A DNA stretch of 39,326 bases, from contig NW_021835746.1 of the NCBI RefSeq assembly GCF_006345805.1, forward strand, positions 1 to 39,326, written 5' to 3'. Origin of the DNA: Octopus sinensis (Eukaryota). The notes below the pieces were generated by a model. It ran no database searches. It was not told the DNA's origin and saw only the letters and a program-made list of their open reading frames with translations. The first letter of the stretch is position 1. The number at the start of each line of letters is the position of its first letter. Shown one piece after another: positions 36,278-39,326 of this stretch. The translations under genes were made by a program, and so were the position numbers.

Positions 36278-36745
36278 AAGAGATTTGATTCGTATCTTCA
36301 AGCAGATCAACGAGCACATAAAAACTCTGAGGTTGGCTCGTACTGTTTGTTGAGCACTTTAGTGTCTCCTTCCCTTCTTTCTTTCTTTCTTTCTTTCAGT
36401 GCTTAATAAATATAAACACGCACAAAAAGTTATGTACGTAGTATATTTAAAAAAAAAATTGCGTTTTGTCTGAAGAGGAAATTTGGAGGGTGTTTTCGCT
36501 CCCTCTGCTAGAAGTAACAGTTAAATCTCTCTGTAACAACGCGGTTCCTTTTAAAAGTGGGTGGACATAAATATCCTTGATTATGCACTCCTGTATATAA
36601 ACTATATTTTAAATAAATGATTGGATTGTTATAACTGGATTGTTATTGCAGGATTAGTTACTTTCTACCGGCCGAGTGAACTGGAGTAGCGTGAAGTAAC
36701 GCATTTTGCTGTTGAATGTGAATACTTGTTGCGAGAATGACGTAC

Positions 36746-36904
36746 CATCTGAATCTGAAGAGAAAGGCCATTAAAGGAACGTTTTTGAAATACATGGTGA
36801 TTCCTTGAAATCCCTTGGATATCGTGTGGTTCAATATTTGGAATAACTCCAAAGGTTTCACTTCTGTACTGCTCGTGATCAAGGTGTGTTTGGCACGATG
36901 ACGT
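36746..36904 (-). other. Candidate 159-nt internal exon of an unidentified gene
   Basis: Acceptor ATATTTCAG| and donor ATG|GTACGT, with length a multiple of 3. Two of three frames are open (TSSCQTHLDHEQ...QKRSFNGLSLQIQM and RHRAKH...FLFRFRW). No homology recognised. Confidence 0.3.
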
Positions 36905-37009
36905 CTGAAATATACATGTGAGTGTGTATGTATGTATGTATGTATGTATGTATGTATGTATGTATGTATGTATGTATGTATGTATGTATGTATGTATGTG
37001 TGCATGCTT

Positions 37010-37240
37010 GTTATTTCTTTATTGCCCACAAGGGGCTAAACACAGAGGGGACAAACAAGGACAGACAAATGGATTAAGTCGATTATATCGACCCCAGTGC
37101 GTGACTGGTATTTATTTAATCGACCCCGAAACGATGAAAGGCAAAGTCGACCTCGGCGGAATTTGAACTCAGAACGTAGCGGCAGACGAAATACTGCTAA
37201 GCATTTCGCCCGGTGTGCTAACGTTTCTGCCGGCTCGCCG
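37010..37240 (-). mobile_element. SINE family A full-length (tail type 2)
   Basis: TTATTTCTTTATTGCCCACAAGGGGCTAAAC...GTCGACCTCGGCGGAATTTGAACTCAGAACG...TTTCTGCCGGCTCGCCG. Confidence 0.9.
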
Positions 37241-37341
37241 TGTGAGTACATGTTTGTGTGAATGCGAATAGTATGTGTGCGTGTATGTGTGTGTATATAT
37301 GTGTGTATCTGTGTGCCTGTTTATGTGAATACAAGTACGTA

Positions 37342-38163
37342 CATGGTCTAAGTAATAAGTATCAGGACTGTTACTATAGTAACGAAGCTAAAGCACGGAG
37401 AGTGAAGCCGCTTGGCACAGAGTGACCTTGAACTCTGCTGTGCATGCGCACAAAGCTTTAACGTTCGAGCACACTTCCGCTGTTTACAGCAGTGCTTGGA
37501 AGGAAGGTGTGTAGCGAGTGAATAGAAAGCTGAATAGAGAATCTGCATCAATTTTTGCCAAACGCTTATGGATACCTGCTGAGAGGCCTACGCAACGTTT
37601 TCAAAACCTTTTCATCTTTCTCGACGCAATGAAGAAGATCTTGTGCAAGTGAAACCCGAGTGTCTTTTTGGTCAGCAGGAAGCAGTTTTGGCACACGCAT
37701 CTCATACCCAAATCTTCAGTGATAATGGATTAAACTGAACCGTAACTAATCTGCACATCCTTTGATAACTCACGGATAGTGATTTGACGATTTCCCCTCA
37801 CAGCCGCACGCATATCTGCGTTGTTTTTCTCAGTTCGGCTGTTTTTGTGTCTCCCAGAACGTTCGTCAATATCGACATTTTCGGCCATCTTGGAAACGTC
37901 TGAACCACACGAACACTTGTGTGCGGCTCATACACCCGTTTCCCATACACTTTCTGCAACTTTCCGTAACTTTCCGTAGGCCCCTGAGCAACTATCACCA
38001 TGACAAGCACTGCTGTAAACAGCGGAAGTGAGCTACGAGAACGTTAAAACTTAGAGCGCATGCACAGCAGGGTCCAAGGTCACTTTTTCCCAAGCTGCTT
38101 TACTCTGCGTGCTTTAGCTTCGTTTCTATGGCAACAGTCCGGATACTTATTGATCAAACCTCG
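37342..38163 (-). mobile_element. Non-autonomous mariner derivative with ~160-bp inverted termini and a transposase N-terminal remnant
   Basis: TA at 37340-37341 and 38164-38165. Arms 37342-37498 and 38004-38163 are diverged inverted copies (CGAGGTTTGATCAATAAGTATCCGGACTGTTGC...). The interior on the minus strand gives, with frameshifts, KLQKVYG...WFRRFQDGR...ERSGR...ITEDLGM...PKLL...DLLHCVEKD, with no catalytic domain. Confidence 0.85.
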
Positions 38164-38595
38164 TATGTGTGCATATGTGTGCATGTGTGTGTGCATATTT
38201 GTGTGAATGCAAGTATTATGCGTGCGTGTGCGTGTGTGTGCGTGTGTGCGTGTGTGCGTGCATATGAGCGTCCGTGTGTGTGAATATTTATTTTCTTCGT
38301 CCTTTTGATTATTTCGCAAACGCTAAATTTATTCAGATTGTTGCGTTTGTTCATAGAGTTGCTATGACAGTTGTTATTGTTTTTCAGTCGTCTCATTAAT
38401 CTTGACATTCGACAATAATCCAGCGATCCCATGATGCAACACCTCTTTAATCCTAGAAGCTTTACAATTCCGATGTGTGTCACAACAACGTGATTAGTAC
38501 GAAATAACAATCGGATATTCATTTGTTTCATCAGAAACTCACAGACAGAAAATTTATCTTCAAGTAGCAACAAGCACAATCATAAAAATGTTCTT

Positions 38596-38666
<71 letters not shown>

Positions 38667-39326
38667 GCATTCCCTTTAGCCATCCACTCGTTATTCCTCC
38701 CTATTTCTGCCTCTCTCTCTCCCTACACATACACACATACACACACGCACGCATACACACACACACATACGTTCTTGCGCGTGCGCACAAACACAGAAAC
38801 CAAAATTAGTTAAAAGATTGAAAGAATAACACAGAGAAAGGAAATAACACACTGGTATAACAAAATATCAGATTGGAATATTAGACTAATAGAATAAAAG
38901 AAAGCAGTGAAGGATTAATAGAATAATGGTAGTTCAGAATAATAGTAGTTCAGAAGAATGCTATATAGAAATACTACTCGAATACAAAAAGTAAAGGAAT
39001 TTAAAAACCTCCTTCAGTCACCCGCTTTTTTCAAAATATCCAGTCGAATTAACCTTCATGTTGGTTTATTCTCTATATACTGGATGTGAAAACATAAATT
39101 TGCCTATATTAGTGACACGAGTCATGTTATTAGTTATACACCTAGCTTCGTTTATCACTGTCTCATTCATCATCGATTCTGTATAAAACAGCAGGTTCAA
39201 TTGTAAACCATGTTACGCTTATCGCGGATTGCTCTGCGATATCGTAGGTCGGCGATCACTCAAAGATTCTGATTGTACCAAAAAAAAAAAAACACGTTCC
39301 ATCAATCACCAACAATACTCAACTAC

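Overview
This is AT-rich, repeat-saturated animal (eukaryotic) genomic DNA. It is most likely an octopus or other coleoid cephalopod intergenic or long-intron region, an inference from the recalled SINE families and extreme microsatellite density. No intact protein-coding gene is supported, and nearly all ORFs in the track are translations of microsatellites. The window contains: (i) a full-length but pseudogenised ~1.29 kb mariner with TIRs and DD34D-type motifs (10545-11832); (ii) several non-autonomous mariner derivatives/MITEs, including one built from two 5' ends and a near-perfect 283-bp hairpin; (iii) three or more tRNA-like SINE families in over 25 copies, one forming head-to-tail multimers with recurrent junctions and two alternative tails; (iv) scrambled remnants of an R4/Dong-like non-LTR retrotransposon (22.5-25.9 kb); (v) a Helitron/Helentron-like non-autonomous element; (vi) two copies of a repeat whose consensus folds as a minimal Penelope-type hammerhead ribozyme; (vii) a ~1.06 kb tandem duplication and several minisatellites; (viii) a few weak candidate minus-strand exons. 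All family names come from recalled motifs, not database searches.
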